From: Okamejei kenojei
Lineage: Eukaryota
Reading direction: 5' to 3'
NCBI GenBank assembly: GCA_035221665.1
Contig: CM069174.1
Span: 9,424,001-9,488,000, forward strand
Length of the DNA: 64,000 bases
A program made the translations under genes and the position numbers. This document shows positions 51,266 through 63,625 of the stretch, piece by piece. The notes below the pieces were generated by a model, which was not told where the DNA came from, searched no databases, and worked only from the letters and a program-made list of their open reading frames with translations. Within the stretch, counting starts at the first letter, position 1. Each line of letters begins with the position of its first letter.

Positions 51266-51781
51266 CACCATGGGGGAAGACAACCGGAGATCAAATGGGT
51301 GCGCAATCCTGCAAGAGCATGAGTTGGATGCTGGATAACTTGTGTCAGAAGATTCACTGCATCAAATGTACAATGGCAAAGTACCTCGTGGAAAGAATAG
51401 ATTGTTTTAGGAGATATTTCTAACAACCAACTTTCTATTTCTCCTCCTCCTTGCAGTGACTGGGCAAGGTATAAACCAGGCCACCAGCTGCACGGTCATT
51501 ATTTTTTTACTTGACTGCAGATGATGAGCCGAAAATACACTGATTTAGTTTTCTACTGTAGACTTTCTCATCCTCTTCTTCCCCCCCCCCCCCCCCCCCC
51601 CTCCACTTCCATTGACTGACCTGCTGTATTTTTATTGTATGTCTCTATGCTTGGGTTTGTTCAAGATCTGATTTCCGAAATGGCAAATTCCAAAAATGTT
51701 CAGATAAGTACCGTTTAAAGTGCATTTCATTCCTATTATTTTACCATTGTACAAGAGCGACTTGTTTCCATTTTCTTTCAG

Positions 51782-51909
51782 CTTTTGAAATGACTACTCC
51801 AAACAGAATTCTTCAGCCATTGAAACTGTATAACGAAGTGAGCAGCCGACACCATTTCTCCTCCAAGAAACCAGCCAGGCATAAACCTGATGACCCAGAC
51901 GCCAACTTG
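51782..51909 (+). CDS. TROAP: Tastin-like coding exon (3' boundary uncertain; alternative donor after 51837)
   Basis: tttctttcag|FEMTTPNRILQPLKLYNE...DANL|gtctgt; phase 1 to 0 with either donor. Confidence 0.65.
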
Positions 51910-53163
51910 GTCTGTAAAAGTCTTTTTAAATGTCTCTGGATAATAGCACTTGGTATTCTTTGTCCTTGTGAGTTATACATTTCTTTATTCCTTTCCTTTT
52001 CTCCCTTCTCCAGCTTTCAAAACATGGGGATGGATGATTAAGCCAATTGCAGTATAATGTTCTCGAGCAAAACACAAAGTGTAGGAGTAGCTCAGCGGGT
52101 CAGGCAGCATATGTGGAGGGAATGCACAGGCAATGTTTTGGGTCGATTGTAGTAGGTGGGGTGAGGGACAAAGCTTGGCGAGTGATTGGTGGATGCTGGT
52201 GACGGGGTTTAGATGTTCTGTTTCGGAAGTAGCTATTCATGTTAGACCCAATCCTGGCCTAATGGAAAAAGGGCAGCTTCTCTCTTATTCATCCTGCTGA
52301 GACGCCAGCAAATTCACCCAGACGGGAGGTCATTCGCCAAGGAAATATAAACTTAATATGACCTGTTCATTGGGGTGAAGAAAGCTATGCCGAGATATTT
52401 ATTCTCCTACTCGTCAACTAATGTGTCAGCTGTGTCAAGTAAATCCAAAATGACATCTCTGCTTTCCTCACATCAGTTAGTTTAGTTTTTACAGCAGATA
52501 TAGAGCAGGTATGATTGATGCAAAGGATTAAACTGGCCCGTCTAGAGCGCATTTTTGCAAAGTGGAAATTAAAGAATGGAGGAAGCACGTGTGGTCTGTA
52601 GACTTTAGAATGTGGAATGTCATTGTCTTGGATGTTCAAACCAAACGTTTAGAGGAGCAAGTTTATTTTTACACGAGTGTGGTGGATGCCTAGAACTCTC
52701 TGCCGGCGGTGGTAGAGGAGGCAAATATGATAGTGGCATTTAAGAGGCTTCTAGATAGGCATATGGAACATGTAGAGGCAGAGGAGATTAGTTTCTCTTG
52801 GTATCATGTGCAGCAGAGACTTTGTTGGACCTAAGGGGCTGTCTTTGTGCTATACTCTTCTATATTCTATAATCTGTGGTAAAATGTTACATTTTTAAAA
52901 AACTAATTACAAACTTCAGTACATTTGTGACCACTGGTGTTTTTGAGCAAAGGTCAAACTTTTAACTTGGGACTCCTGCAATTCCAATTTGGCTAATGTT
53001 AAGAGTGAAGAAATAATTTGTATTAATTGCAGCCATGCCAGTAAAATCACTATATTTTACTCCCCTTGTTAGAATTATCTCGTTCAATAATTTGGCCTTT
53101 GTTCCCTTTTGACCTCTTTTCATAATTGAAGAATTATGTAACACTTTCTATGCCTCTCTCCAG

Positions 53164-53251
53164 GGGGAAGACCCCAGTGAATCCTCTGGCTCTGCTGCTC
53201 CCACGTCCGTTTCGGCCAGAGTCTCCTGCGCCTGGAAACCACATGCCAAAA
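53164..53251 (+). CDS. TROAP: Tastin-like coding exon
   Basis: ctctctccag|GEDPSESSGSAAPTSVSARVSCAWKPHAK|gtaggt; phase 0 to 1 fits both neighbours. Confidence 0.65.
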
Positions 53252-54595
53252 GTAGGTATTTGTCTGAACAACTTGCTCTATTTTAGGATGTCTGAAAATG
53301 CTTCATAATCAGAGGGTGGTGGATATATTAGAACGAGTTGCCAGGGGATGTAGTTGAGGCAGATACAATAATAATATTTAAAGGACATTTGGACAGATAC
53401 ATGGACAGGACAGGTTTAGAGGGATATGGGGAGAAAGCAGACGGGTGTGACTAGAGTGGACGGGGGCATGTTGGGCTCAATAGCCTGTTTCCATACTCTA
53501 TCGAAAATGTTTTTGAAGTCCAGTCACCGCTGTAATGCAGAGATATGTGGCAGCTGATTTGTGCATAGCAGGCCCCTCTAGTCAGCACTGTGACAATGAC
53601 TGGGCAAGTTGGCTGGTCTGGTCCAAGTGCTGTTCTCAGCTGAATATCAGGAGCCAGGTGATTAGCCCAGTGTTGGTTACTGTTTTTGGTCTCATCATCA
53701 AGAACTGCTCAATAATGAAGATTAAATCCACATCTTCCAATTACGTATTAGTAATTCAACTATTATAGAATACACACAAATTCTATGTCTCCACTTTAAC
53801 ATGGGACTTGGTATAAATTTGAATGCAGTGACAGAGCTTTATATGGGAAGGATCAATTGTGTTCACTTTGAACTAGTGGTCTGTGTATTGATTTCCTATA
53901 CACTTTTCTCTTGTGCATCCTGCTGAGACGCCAACAAATTCACATGGGGGAATTTTGTATTAGTTATGTTTGAAAGTAAATAAAAGCATGGATGAGAGCC
54001 TTACTGCAAGAGCAGAGACTGAAAATACCCACCCCCCCCCCCGCCAATTTCCTCCTCGTTCTGGCTTTGCAATCCGCAACTCTTCAAACCTGTCTTCAAC
54101 CTTCCTTTTCTTATCTTTTTGTCTTTGTTCCAATCATCTGTCTATTAAACGTCCCCACTCTTGCCTGTGTCGACCTATTTCCTGCCACGCGGGCCCTGCC
54201 TCTCCCCCTTTCCAGCTTCCTTCACTCTTTCTTTAACCCCCCCCCCCTTCACCCAATAAGTCTGAAGAAGAGTCTCAACCCAAAACGTACACCTATGCAT
54301 GTTCTCAAAGGATTCTGCCTAACCTTGTGAATTACTCCAGCACATTGTGTCCTTTTATTTAAAATCCATTTGATACCATGAGAAGCTTCTTTACAGCAAG
54401 AGTTGTGAGACTTAACAGTGAAGCTCATAAATGGCAAATATTATTAAGGTAAAGTTGGGTTGCCTAGGGATTGGAGGGTTATGAATTATGTGCAGGTACA
54501 TAAGCATTGGTCTTGGCATAAATTGTGGGCCGAAGGGACTGTGCTGTACTGTTCTGTGGTGATGCTGAACATAAAATCTTCTCTTTCATCTCCAG

Positions 54596-54711
54596 CCATG
54601 CAAACACCCGATGGAGCATTACGACCATCTAACTGTCCTTTCAGCAGTACTCGCACTCCATGTGAAAATGCCTGGCATCCAAGCCGCATGCTTGCTCCCC
54701 CCTCCAGTATG
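54596..54711 (+). CDS. TROAP: Tastin-like coding exon
   Basis: catctccag|MQTPDGALRPSNCPFSSTRTP...PPSSM|gtcagt; phase 1 to 0. Confidence 0.75.
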
Positions 54712-56032
54712 GTCAGTATATATCTGACTTTCTTTTTAATGGAGTCTGTCTGTTAGATTTTCTCGGATTGATAATGATAAACTAGTAATAGATGGTGCAA
54801 CTCCTCTCCTGAGCTATTTCTCGACGCCCCTCTTCTTCGATCTATCAAATATTTATCTGTCTCCATTTTAAATACTTCTAATGATCACGTTGGACCTGCC
54901 TGCTGGCTTGTTATTCCTGCACTAGAACCTGTGGATCTTTCTGTACTTCACTCACTTTGTCCCTCTCCATTTAAATAATCTGCTTTTTTGATTTCTCTTC
55001 CCTCCAAGCCATTTGATATCTCGGAGGAAGCGGATTATGCCCATACTCAGTCAATTGATTCACTCTTTCTTATATTCCTATCCAACTCCCCTCTCTTGAC
55101 CAAACCTCTGGTGACATGCATTGTATGGCCAAGTATTATCGGGCTGGTATCAAAATAAATTTCCAGCACCATCCCAGCAAAAGGATCTATCTGTTGAGAA
55201 TAAAATGAAAGTTGTGGTTCTCCTATCTGCTGCAGTAACACTGAAAATCTGCTGCCCCACCAGCATCATGATTCAGCATCAGGTGATGTTTGCCATTTTC
55301 ACTCGCCTATGTCCCAGTTTCCACACTCGCTAAACACTGTTGTCCACTCTTCCAAGAAATTTACTGGGTTTACTAAAATATTTCTGTAACTGTTTTAAAA
55401 AAAAAAAAAATGTTTTTAAATTAGAAGTGTATTAAAGTAGTAAAATTAATCTGATTAGTATTAATAAAATCCGCTACTCCCCCACCTCTGAAGCCCCAAG
55501 CATGCCATGTTAATGGAGTTTCACTATACTTTGTTTGACATGTTTCAACAGTGGTTTTAATTAAAATGTGAACAGAATTTCTCCACATGCTCCGTTTAGC
55601 TAAATTACATTTGCTATATTAGATTGCAAGTGCAATTCAACACCATTTAGTTGAAGAACACGTTAATAAACATTCTTCACTGTAATACTCCCACTGTATT
55701 TAGGGAAAATATGGTCTCATCAGCCTAATAAATAATTCCTGCATGTGTACTTACGTTGCCATCAAATCTTTAAAAGTGGTCGTTTGCCGGTTCAAAATCA
55801 CTGCTCTCGTGTAATAGTGATCTATTAAAAGATACATTTCAGCCCTTAAAACCTGCCTGACGCCAAAATGAGAAGTTAACCGTTTCCAATTACAGCTAAT
55901 ACGCTAATAACTGTACCTGCTCTTTCTGTCTCATTCTTTCTCTTGTGTGAATGTGCTGAGATTTCTTGGTTACTTTGTCATTCACAGGCATTGAACGTCT
56001 TTTGTTAACCTCGCTCCCTTTCATTCTTGCAG

Positions 56033-56128
56033 GGTGCAACGTTCAAGTATGTGAAATGGTCAGATGTTCGCCTTGCAAAGGGCAAGGCTACTGAGAGCAG
56101 TGCCTCAGACAATGCCAAGGATCCAATG
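56033..56128 (+). CDS. TROAP: Tastin-like coding exon
   Basis: ttcttgcag|GATFKYVKWSDVRLAKGKATESSASDNAKDPM|gtgggt; 96 nt, phase 0 to 0. Confidence 0.78.
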
Positions 56129-56576
56129 GTGGGTGGACCATTCAATTGAACCATGGGGCACTTTATATCTTGACCAGTGCATGTGGCGGAGGAGAATTGG
56201 AAGAGTAAAAAAAACATCTCCCCAATCTGTCAGCTGCCTGCCATAATACTTGCATTGTGATTTGGAATCCTTTTTATTCTCCTTCCTGATGTAAAGTTGT
56301 TGAGTGATGTGATTAAATGTTACTTCTGAAGGACCTCGACCCGAAACGTCTCCCATTCTTTCTCTCCAGAGATGCTGTCTGTCCCGCTGAGCTACTCCAG
56401 CATTTTATGTCTATCTTCGGTTAAATATTACACTGTATTGTCACTGTTCAAACTGTTCTTGAAATCGTTGATGTGTGATCATATTCATCATCTTCAATAA
56501 CCTGAGCCTCGTGCTTTCAAAGAATGAGTGATGTGATTTTGACTCTGTGATGGATTTGACACGCTCTCTATTTTAG

Positions 56577-56726
56577 GATCGGATCGTACTTCGTCTTTTT
56601 AATGATCCAGATGATCCAAATGAAGTTGAGAAGGTACCAGAGATGCCAAGCTTGAAGCAAGAACTTGAAGGAGCAACGTCTCAGCAGAGTCCAGTACTTA
56701 TGGACCTAAAGCTGGAAAAGCTAAAG
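56577..56726 (+). CDS. TROAP: Tastin-like coding exon
   Basis: tattttag|DRIVLRLFNDPDD...LKLEKLK|gtacaa; 150 nt; VxRLF resembles tastin VAVRLF. Confidence 0.82.
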
Positions 56727-57699
56727 GTACAAGAACAAGTGCTTACTGGCTAATTCAGCCCTCTGATACATACTTGCACCTATGCTTCCAGGAATGTCGT
56801 TGCTTGACTTGTCATCACATGGGTGCTATAAGAACCTGGTCTTTATGCGGCCTGATTAACTTTCTTCCTATTTTCTTCCAACGATTTTACATTTTGCAGT
56901 GGGAGACAGAGGCATAACTGACTTTTCTCCTCCCACATCCTTTTTGTATTTCAAAAAAAAGCTTTGAACCAATGAAAACAGCCATATGGCTTAATTGATA
57001 TAACTTTGCAGATAAAGTACTGAGTGGGAATGTTTTAAATTCCCTTTTTTGTGTTCTTTGATAATGGACTGAGCTTCCCCTGTCTACTGTTCCAGACTGC
57101 TACTGAACGAGCTTCTCCGTTCTGAGCTGCCGATTGTGTTCTTCACTCCTCACTCTGCGATGGTTCAGCATCTACTGTGTGTTGCTGGTTGGTTCTGCCC
57201 TTCTCTCTGCCAAGTCTCTGTAATGGCTACAACATTGTAGTTCTGTGTACTAATGCTACGCTTGGCCAGGCCGCCCCTGCAAAGCTGCCAGGACAACAGA
57301 CCTTCATGGTCAGATCACGATCCCTGCACTTACAACCACTGGGACTTGAAAATGGAGCCAAACTGTACTTCTGCTGTCCACTTGTACTGTATCAGTGATG
57401 CTTATCTAATATGTATAAGTGCTTATGTATAGTGATACTTGTACTGAACGGTGTACAAAAATGAATTTCACCCACGTGATAAATAAATGCCCATAATACT
57501 CATTGCATTGATCAGAAAGGAGAAGCTCGTTCCGTAGCAGTCTGGAACCGTAGACGGGAAACTCAGTCCATCAATGTAAGCCAGTGTATGCATCTCTTTG
57601 TTCCATGTATTTCCAGAGTAAGTAAAAAAATTCTGTCACTTTTTTCCTTTTCTTATTTCCTTCAAGGTCTCTAATGTTTTTAAAATTTTGCTTTTACAG

Positions 57700-58142
57700 A
57701 AAATCGAACTTCTTGCTCAACTTCTGCAGAAAGAAATTCAGGAGGTGAAGGTGATTGAAGAAACGCTTACAGAAAGCAACTGTGATGAAAGTGTTCCCCT
57801 CTTCTCGGAAGGATTTCCCAACCTGCCTGGTGCCGTCTTGCAAAGTTGTCCAATTGCCACTGCCCCGAAGCAAGATGAAGGCTGCCTTCGGCCTCCTGAG
57901 TGCACTGAACTGGTCTCCAATCAAACACCTACACCGGTGGACAGCTCACAAAATATTGATGGTGTTTCTGGAGCTGTAAAAGATCTTTGCACAGTCACTC
58001 GCCAGTCTGAGATCCTGCTTCCTTCCACCGAGCCCCTTTCTGAATGTGACGGACACTCTGCCCACACCTGTTAGCTGCAGCTCTGCTCACTTACTCGCAA
58101 CTGGGTTCAAATTCCAATCTCCCTATTCTAGTGGTCAAGCAG
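57700..58142 (+). CDS. TROAP: Tastin-like coding exon with apparent internal frameshift
   Basis: ttttacag|KIELLAQLLQKEIQEV (cf. tastin RIEILQQLLRQEV). The entry frame stops at 58072-58074; the +1 frame is open from 57980 to the consensus donor CAG|gtgagt. Confidence 0.75.
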
Positions 58143-58196
58143 GTGAGTTACTTTCCGGTTAAGATGCAGAAAGTCACAATGAAACGTTGAATTGAA

Positions 58197-58497
58197 AGTT
58201 ACGGCATGGAAACTGGCCCTTCAGCCCACAAAGTGCACGCCGGCCGTCAATCGCGCGTTTACACTAGTTCCATCTTGATTTACTTTTGCGTCCACTCCCG
58301 GCACACAAGGGGCAATTTACAGAGGGCCACTTAACCTACACACTCGCACGTCTTTGGGATAAGGGAGGAAAACAGAGCACCCAGAGAGAACCCAAACAAA
58401 CGCATGGAGAACGTGCAAACTCCACACAGGCAGCACCTAAAGTCAGGATCGAACCTGTGTCTCTGGCTGCTGTGAGGCAGCAGCTCTACTAGCGGTA
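58197..58497 (-). mobile_element. V-SINE (HE1-like), diverged
   Basis: ggagaacgtgcaaactccacacagg V-domain on the reverse strand. Confidence 0.75.
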
Positions 58498-59665
58498 CCA
58501 CAGCTGTTTTTAACCTAACCTGGCTTGCCATTTCTAAAACCACGGATTCTTAATTGTTATAAATAGAGGTAATTGTGTTGGCTTCCAATGGTAACGAAAA
58601 CATTCATATTGGCACATGCTTGTGTGTATCCAGATCCTTGTAAGCTAGCTGCCTACCTTTGATTATTTATTTTGTCCCTTTTTTTAGAAGTGTAGTGTCT
58701 GAAGTAATATCCTGATGTATTGGGAGAATGAGAATTGCTATGACATTAAGATAGACAGCAGCTCCCTTATTTATGGCCATGTGTGCCTTTAGCGATTAGA
58801 TCTATTCCCTTCTCTTTCTACACCTGCCTTCCATATCCTTTTAAAATTAGAATTTAAATGAAATGGCTTGTGCTGTTAAAACTCTATCTTTTATTTATTA
58901 GTTGGTTATAAAGCTAGTGAGAATGTTTCAATTCTGCATGAATAATGATCTAGAATTGCAAAGTGACTTGGGAAGCGAAATAAATCACTTTGTAAAATCC
59001 ATCATTTTCCCAGGATTTACAATATCTATTTTGAAGTAAGATGCATGTGACTTGAATACTTGTTTGGCCAATGAACTGGAGGTATCCAGCAAAAATTAGC
59101 AATATTGAGCCTCTGTTAGGGAGTAAAAAATCCCTGCAAGTGATTGGCATTATTAAGAACACATACTGCCTACAAAAGCAACTTTAAAAAAAAAAGCATT
59201 TTAGTATTTAATGAAGTATTTTCTTCGCTATCTTGCCAATATCTGGATGCATCAATCAATTATTGTTTAATGCAAAGACTGCAGGTGTATACATAACCAC
59301 AGTGGCCATTTTGCACATAGAAAGATCCCATGTGTAACAAATGATGAATAACTACAATGTACTTGAGTGTCGGTCTAGACTGAGCCCTGAGTTTCAGCCC
59401 GCAACACTTCCAACTTCATGATGGACTATGATCGATTAAGCAAACCTGATAATTAACCAATGAATTGCTATTGTTTAATCCAATGCTTTGATTTGTCGAT
59501 TGTAAAGCTGGTCCACCGATCCGCTGGAGGAGTATCACAAAGGTGAGTGGTGGGTTTGTGAGCTATTAGTGAAATTAAAATGTATCCAACTCGGGTACGT
59601 ATGCAACGAGACTCCCGGTTGCAGGTCAGCTGTGAATTTTACAACCCGTCTCTTCTGACCTTCAG

Positions 59666-59865
59666 GCAGAGGGGCGCTGCATCCGTCCAGCGTGAAACGG
59701 AGGTTTGGTGAGCTGCGTCCTGGATGCCGGAAGCGTTTTCAGGAGACTCTGCTGGATGAAGAGGTTTCCTGCTGCTTTGCTCGTATCGCCCTGTCGCCCG
59801 ATAGGAGGGGAGACAGAAACTGCACCAACCCTGTGGCCAAAATACTCGAGCAACAAGAAGTTATG
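59666..59865 (+). CDS. TROAP: Tastin-like coding exon (conserved C-terminal motif)
   Basis: RGALHPSSVKRRFGELRPGCRKRFQETLLDEEVSCCFAR...CTNPVAKILEQQEVM|gtgagt; matches tastin LDDECAFY...CTNPVATLLEWQD as recalled. Confidence 0.9.
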
Positions 59866-59940
59866 GTGAGTAATACTGGCAACTGGTTGTCCCATAACCT
59901 AGTGTAAGGAGAGAATGCGTCGGTATCCCATTTCTCTCTG

Positions 59941-60207
59941 GGCGGTGCAGCTGGTGGGGCTGCTGCCTCACAGCACCAGAGACCTGGGTTCGATCATTAC
60001 CTTTGGGTGCTGTCTGTGTGGAGTTTGCACGTTCTTCCTCCTACATCCCAAAGACGTGCAGATTTGTAGGATAATTGGCTTCTGTAAATTGCCCCTGGTA
60101 TGTATGCAGGGACTTGATGTGAAAGTGGGGTAAGATAGAACGTGTGATCAATGGTGAATGTGTGATCAATGGTGGTATGGACTCAGTGGCCCGAAGGGTC
60201 TGCTTTC
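59941..60207 (+). mobile_element. V-SINE (HE1-like), diverged
   Basis: tRNA-like head ctgggttcgatc plus V-domain. Confidence 0.75.
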
Positions 60208-60686
60208 ATTTTTCATCTTTCAATCAATCAATCTTTATAGTTTATAAAACCCATTATCGTTGCAGTTGTGATGTGCAACGTGCCAGGTCTAGGTTTGTGA
60301 CCTGCGTGAGCACACTACAACCACATAACAAATTGACCCATTACATGGAAAAGCTGCCATTATGCAAGGTTTTCACAAAGTGAAAGAAAGGTTCTCGCAG
60401 GGAAGTGTCTCAAAAGTTAGACTCCATGTTGGACTTCAGATTGACTGAGGCCAAAATGAATGAAATGAACCTGTTGCCACTTGAATGGCATTCCATTCTG
60501 CTGGAAAGATGGAGAGTTTTGCAAAACTTTCCTGACTCCATGAACGCAGATGAAAGCGTGCAGCTGTGGGAAGCAGTTGACTCCCATTCTTTCTGTTTGC
60601 CACTTTACAAAATTGGACTGAAGTCCTGAAGCTGATCCTAGAAGTGTTGAAATCTTTGATTGTAATTGTATGTTTCTGCTCCACAG

Positions 60687-60788
60687 CACTTTGTCCCAAT
60701 TGAGCTCCCTCCTTGTATAAGCAGCCAGAGGTGTCTCCAGCAATTTCTGCTGTCTGTTCAAGAGGAGCAAGAAAGTCCTACCCTCTAG
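60687..60788 (+). CDS. TROAP: Tastin-like last coding exon
   Basis: ctccacag|HFVPIELPPCISSQRCLQQFLLSVQEEQESPTL*; FVPI corresponds to tastin CFIPV; phase 0. Confidence 0.85.
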   Translation, partial: HFVPIELPPCISSQRCLQQFLLSVQEEQESPTL

Positions 60789-62260
60789 ATGATGCATTTA
60801 TGAAGTTGTGGTATTTTCTATTTCATTGTCTTTTTCAATGCCTCTTAAGTGTGGTCAGGAAACTAGTTTGTAGTTACAAAAAAGTGAACTTAAGTGCCCT
60901 TCAAGAGCTTGGGCTACATTGTCACTTGAACAGCTATTGTCAATGTTCAATGATGATCCCTTGCTGAAACGCAAAAGCCATGCTTTGTTTACATGAAACT
61001 TTGTCTACATATGCTGTCTCCTTTGTAAAAGCAAGCACTTTGAGATTCATCAACTATATAAAACTGCCTGACTAGCACAAGCATACTGGTGACCTAACGC
61101 TTTTACCTGCTGTGTATTTCATCACTCTGGAAATTGCCTAAGTTTCAATGTACACTACAATACACTAACCCTATGTAACCACTTAATTAATAACTTGGAG
61201 GCTTGCTTTCTGTAATCTCTCTGATATGAACAGGACACGATAATACATGCTACTGCCATCCTTTGCACATCACAGGGCTCCGGCAGTCTCGCCACTTTGA
61301 AATACATGAGTTAATTGAATTATCCTTGTACACCAATGCTGGGAGCTGATCAAAGCCAGAGTTCGAGGAAAGTAATGCTTTTTTTAAGCTGCAGAGCTCC
61401 AAGCATAGATTGGATCATGTGACTGCTGTTTTAACGCAAGGACACCCGTTTCTCCTAACCGTCCCATGGTGTAGTCATGTATCCAGTGTTAGCTGAAATG
61501 TTGACCAAGTGTAAAATAACCTGTTTTAAAATAAGAGCTCCCCAAATCCAGCGACTGATTTGATTCTAATTCAACATTGAGGGTAGCCAGACTTTAGTTG
61601 TAATATTTTTGTTTACTGTACCACTACCAAAATCTTTGCAAATTTAAAAAAAAAAAAAGCATCGGTCCTACATCACCTGCATTGTTTGTCTGAAAACGGT
61701 TACTAGGCTTCATACTTGCTTGGACTTACTATGCAATGTGGCTTTATCTTCAACTTCCCATTGAGTGGAGCATCAAAGAACTCTTGTGTGCCAGGGTTGA
61801 GTTCTGGGTTAGTGACTGAGAAGCAAGCGGCTTGCTAGCCTGCGTGTCAGTAAACCAATTGTGTATACTTCTAACAACTAGATGTTTAAAATCTGACTTC
61901 ATCCCTTGAAGCTGCTTTGGGCGCAATTTAGACATCTTTTCTTTAGTCTTGTAACTTATGCAGACTAAAATGAATTTTGATTGAACCATTCCAATCTGGT
62001 CGTCTGCTTTAGATTTTAATCTCTGCCTTTGAGGTGCCTACACAAGCTCGACTCTCCTAGAGAAAGGTTTTATCTTCATTTGGAAAAGTTCCAATTGTTC
62101 TATTAAAGCTAATATAACGTGCTGTAAATAACCAAACCTGGTAAAGTATCTGCAAAGTTTGTCAATTCCTGTATAAATACGAAATTGCTGCCTTTGCTCT
62201 GCTAGTCCCTGAAGTGTTTGTGTATGTCTTGTACATTTTTGTATATGTATGTACTATGCA

Positions 62261-62266
62261 AATAAA
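62261..62266 (+). promoter_or_regulatory. Candidate polyadenylation signal of TROAP
   Basis: AATAAA ~1.5 kb after the stop codon, preceded by several TGTA motifs. Confidence 0.5.
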
Positions 62267-62359
62267 GCTTTGGATGCATTTAACAAAGAAAATATTATAA
62301 TGTTTACATTCTTGCATCTGTCCCAATCACTATATATATTTAAAAACATCAGGCTTTTA

Positions 62360-62976
62360 TTTCCAAGACGTTTCCTCAACTACGGCCTAATAACGGCGAA
62401 AAAATTAATACTCAAATTGTGGAAGCAGACAACAGTCCCTACAGTGAAGATGTGGATTACAGATATGTCCGAGACACTACATTTGGAAACCATTAGGCTT
62501 GTCTTGGCGGAAAAAGCAGATCAATTTCTTAAGACAGCTTAAGAAGATTACCTTTTACTTCTTGCGTATGGCGTGCACAATCTTATTTGATTGTGCACGC
62601 CGGATTGATTGCATTTGTCGAAACGGGGGGGGGGGGGAGAAACCACGTGAAGGTTGCAATCTCCCACTCCGTCCTGAATTTCTGCAACAGAATGGTTAAA
62701 CGCAAATTTAAACCTGATGCCAGGGATGGGTGAGGGGGGGGAGAAAGGTATATCTCCATTTTCTCTTCGTATTTCTTTTCTCTTGCACTTCATTAGTAGC
62801 TTAGGGGTCTTTTTCTTGCTCTCTTATTTTACTACTTTTTCTTCATTCTCTTTTTTCCTTTTTTTCTTTTTTTTTAGGTTACAATGTTAAAAATGAAGCT
62901 GTGCAATAATTGTATAACTTATGTCGATCGTCTTATCCCTGAACAATTGCTTCTAATAAAATTAATTCAAAAAAAA
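62360..62976 (+). mobile_element. L1-clade 3' fragment with 12-bp TSD and a nested insertion
   Basis: AKKLILKLWKQTTVPTVKMWITDMSETLHLETIR resembles the end of the 36253-38981 L1; TSD atcaggctttta at 62348-62359 and 62977-62988. Confidence 0.85.
62558..62670 (-). mobile_element. Ribozyme-headed SINE-like element, copy 3 (variant, P1 disrupted)
   Basis: GGAGTGG GA GATTGCA ACC TTCACGT GGT [TTCT-polyC] GTTTCGA CAAA TGCAATC, then a 13-bp hairpin and a cgcaagaag tail. Confidence 0.75.
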
Positions 62977-63424
62977 ATCAGGCTTTTAATCTTCACTGCT
63001 TCCTTGGTTAAGGGGGCAGTCAAAGCTAAATGGTAAACGCTGACTTTGCCAACATCCCACCCTGTGTATGAATAAATATTAACTTTCTAACTTAAGTAAT
63101 CCATATCTTCAACCTATTATTGTTTGGGGGAATTTGCCAAATAATTGCCTTGAAATTATGATTTGAGGCACCCCAATTTCAATCCATGCCTTTTTTTTCC
63201 ATGACGTGACCAGCCTCAGTTGGAATCCCTTCCATTTCCATTCTGAGCTAGGCTGGGGCAATTCTAGTTGACTGGAGATTGAACTATTCACGATTAGGAA
63301 AACCTTGCATCCAGTTTCTGATGCATCATCGTAATGTAAAATTGGTGCTTCTCATTTTGGGAATCAGAAAACACAAGGAGAAGTCAATATATGAATAACA
63401 AGTGGACTCTGGACTTGAAGAGTT

Positions 63425-63625
63425 TCATAAAAGATAGGAGCAGAATTTGTCCGAACGGCCCATCATGTCTGCTCCACCATTGAATCATGACTGATCTATT
63501 TTCCCCTCTCAACTCCATTCTCCTGTGATCTTTGATGCCCTTGCTAATCAAGAACCTATCAATCTCTGCTTAAAAATACCCAAATACCCCCCAAAAAGTA
63601 CCTTCACAGCTGTCTGTGGCAATGA
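63425..63625 (-). mobile_element. CR1-type LINE 3' fragment
   Basis: Same family as 8586-8907. Confidence 0.7.

Noticed and set aside
58072-58131. Stop-codon readthrough in TROAP
   Set aside because: A second in-frame TAG follows and the donor phase would still not match the next exon.
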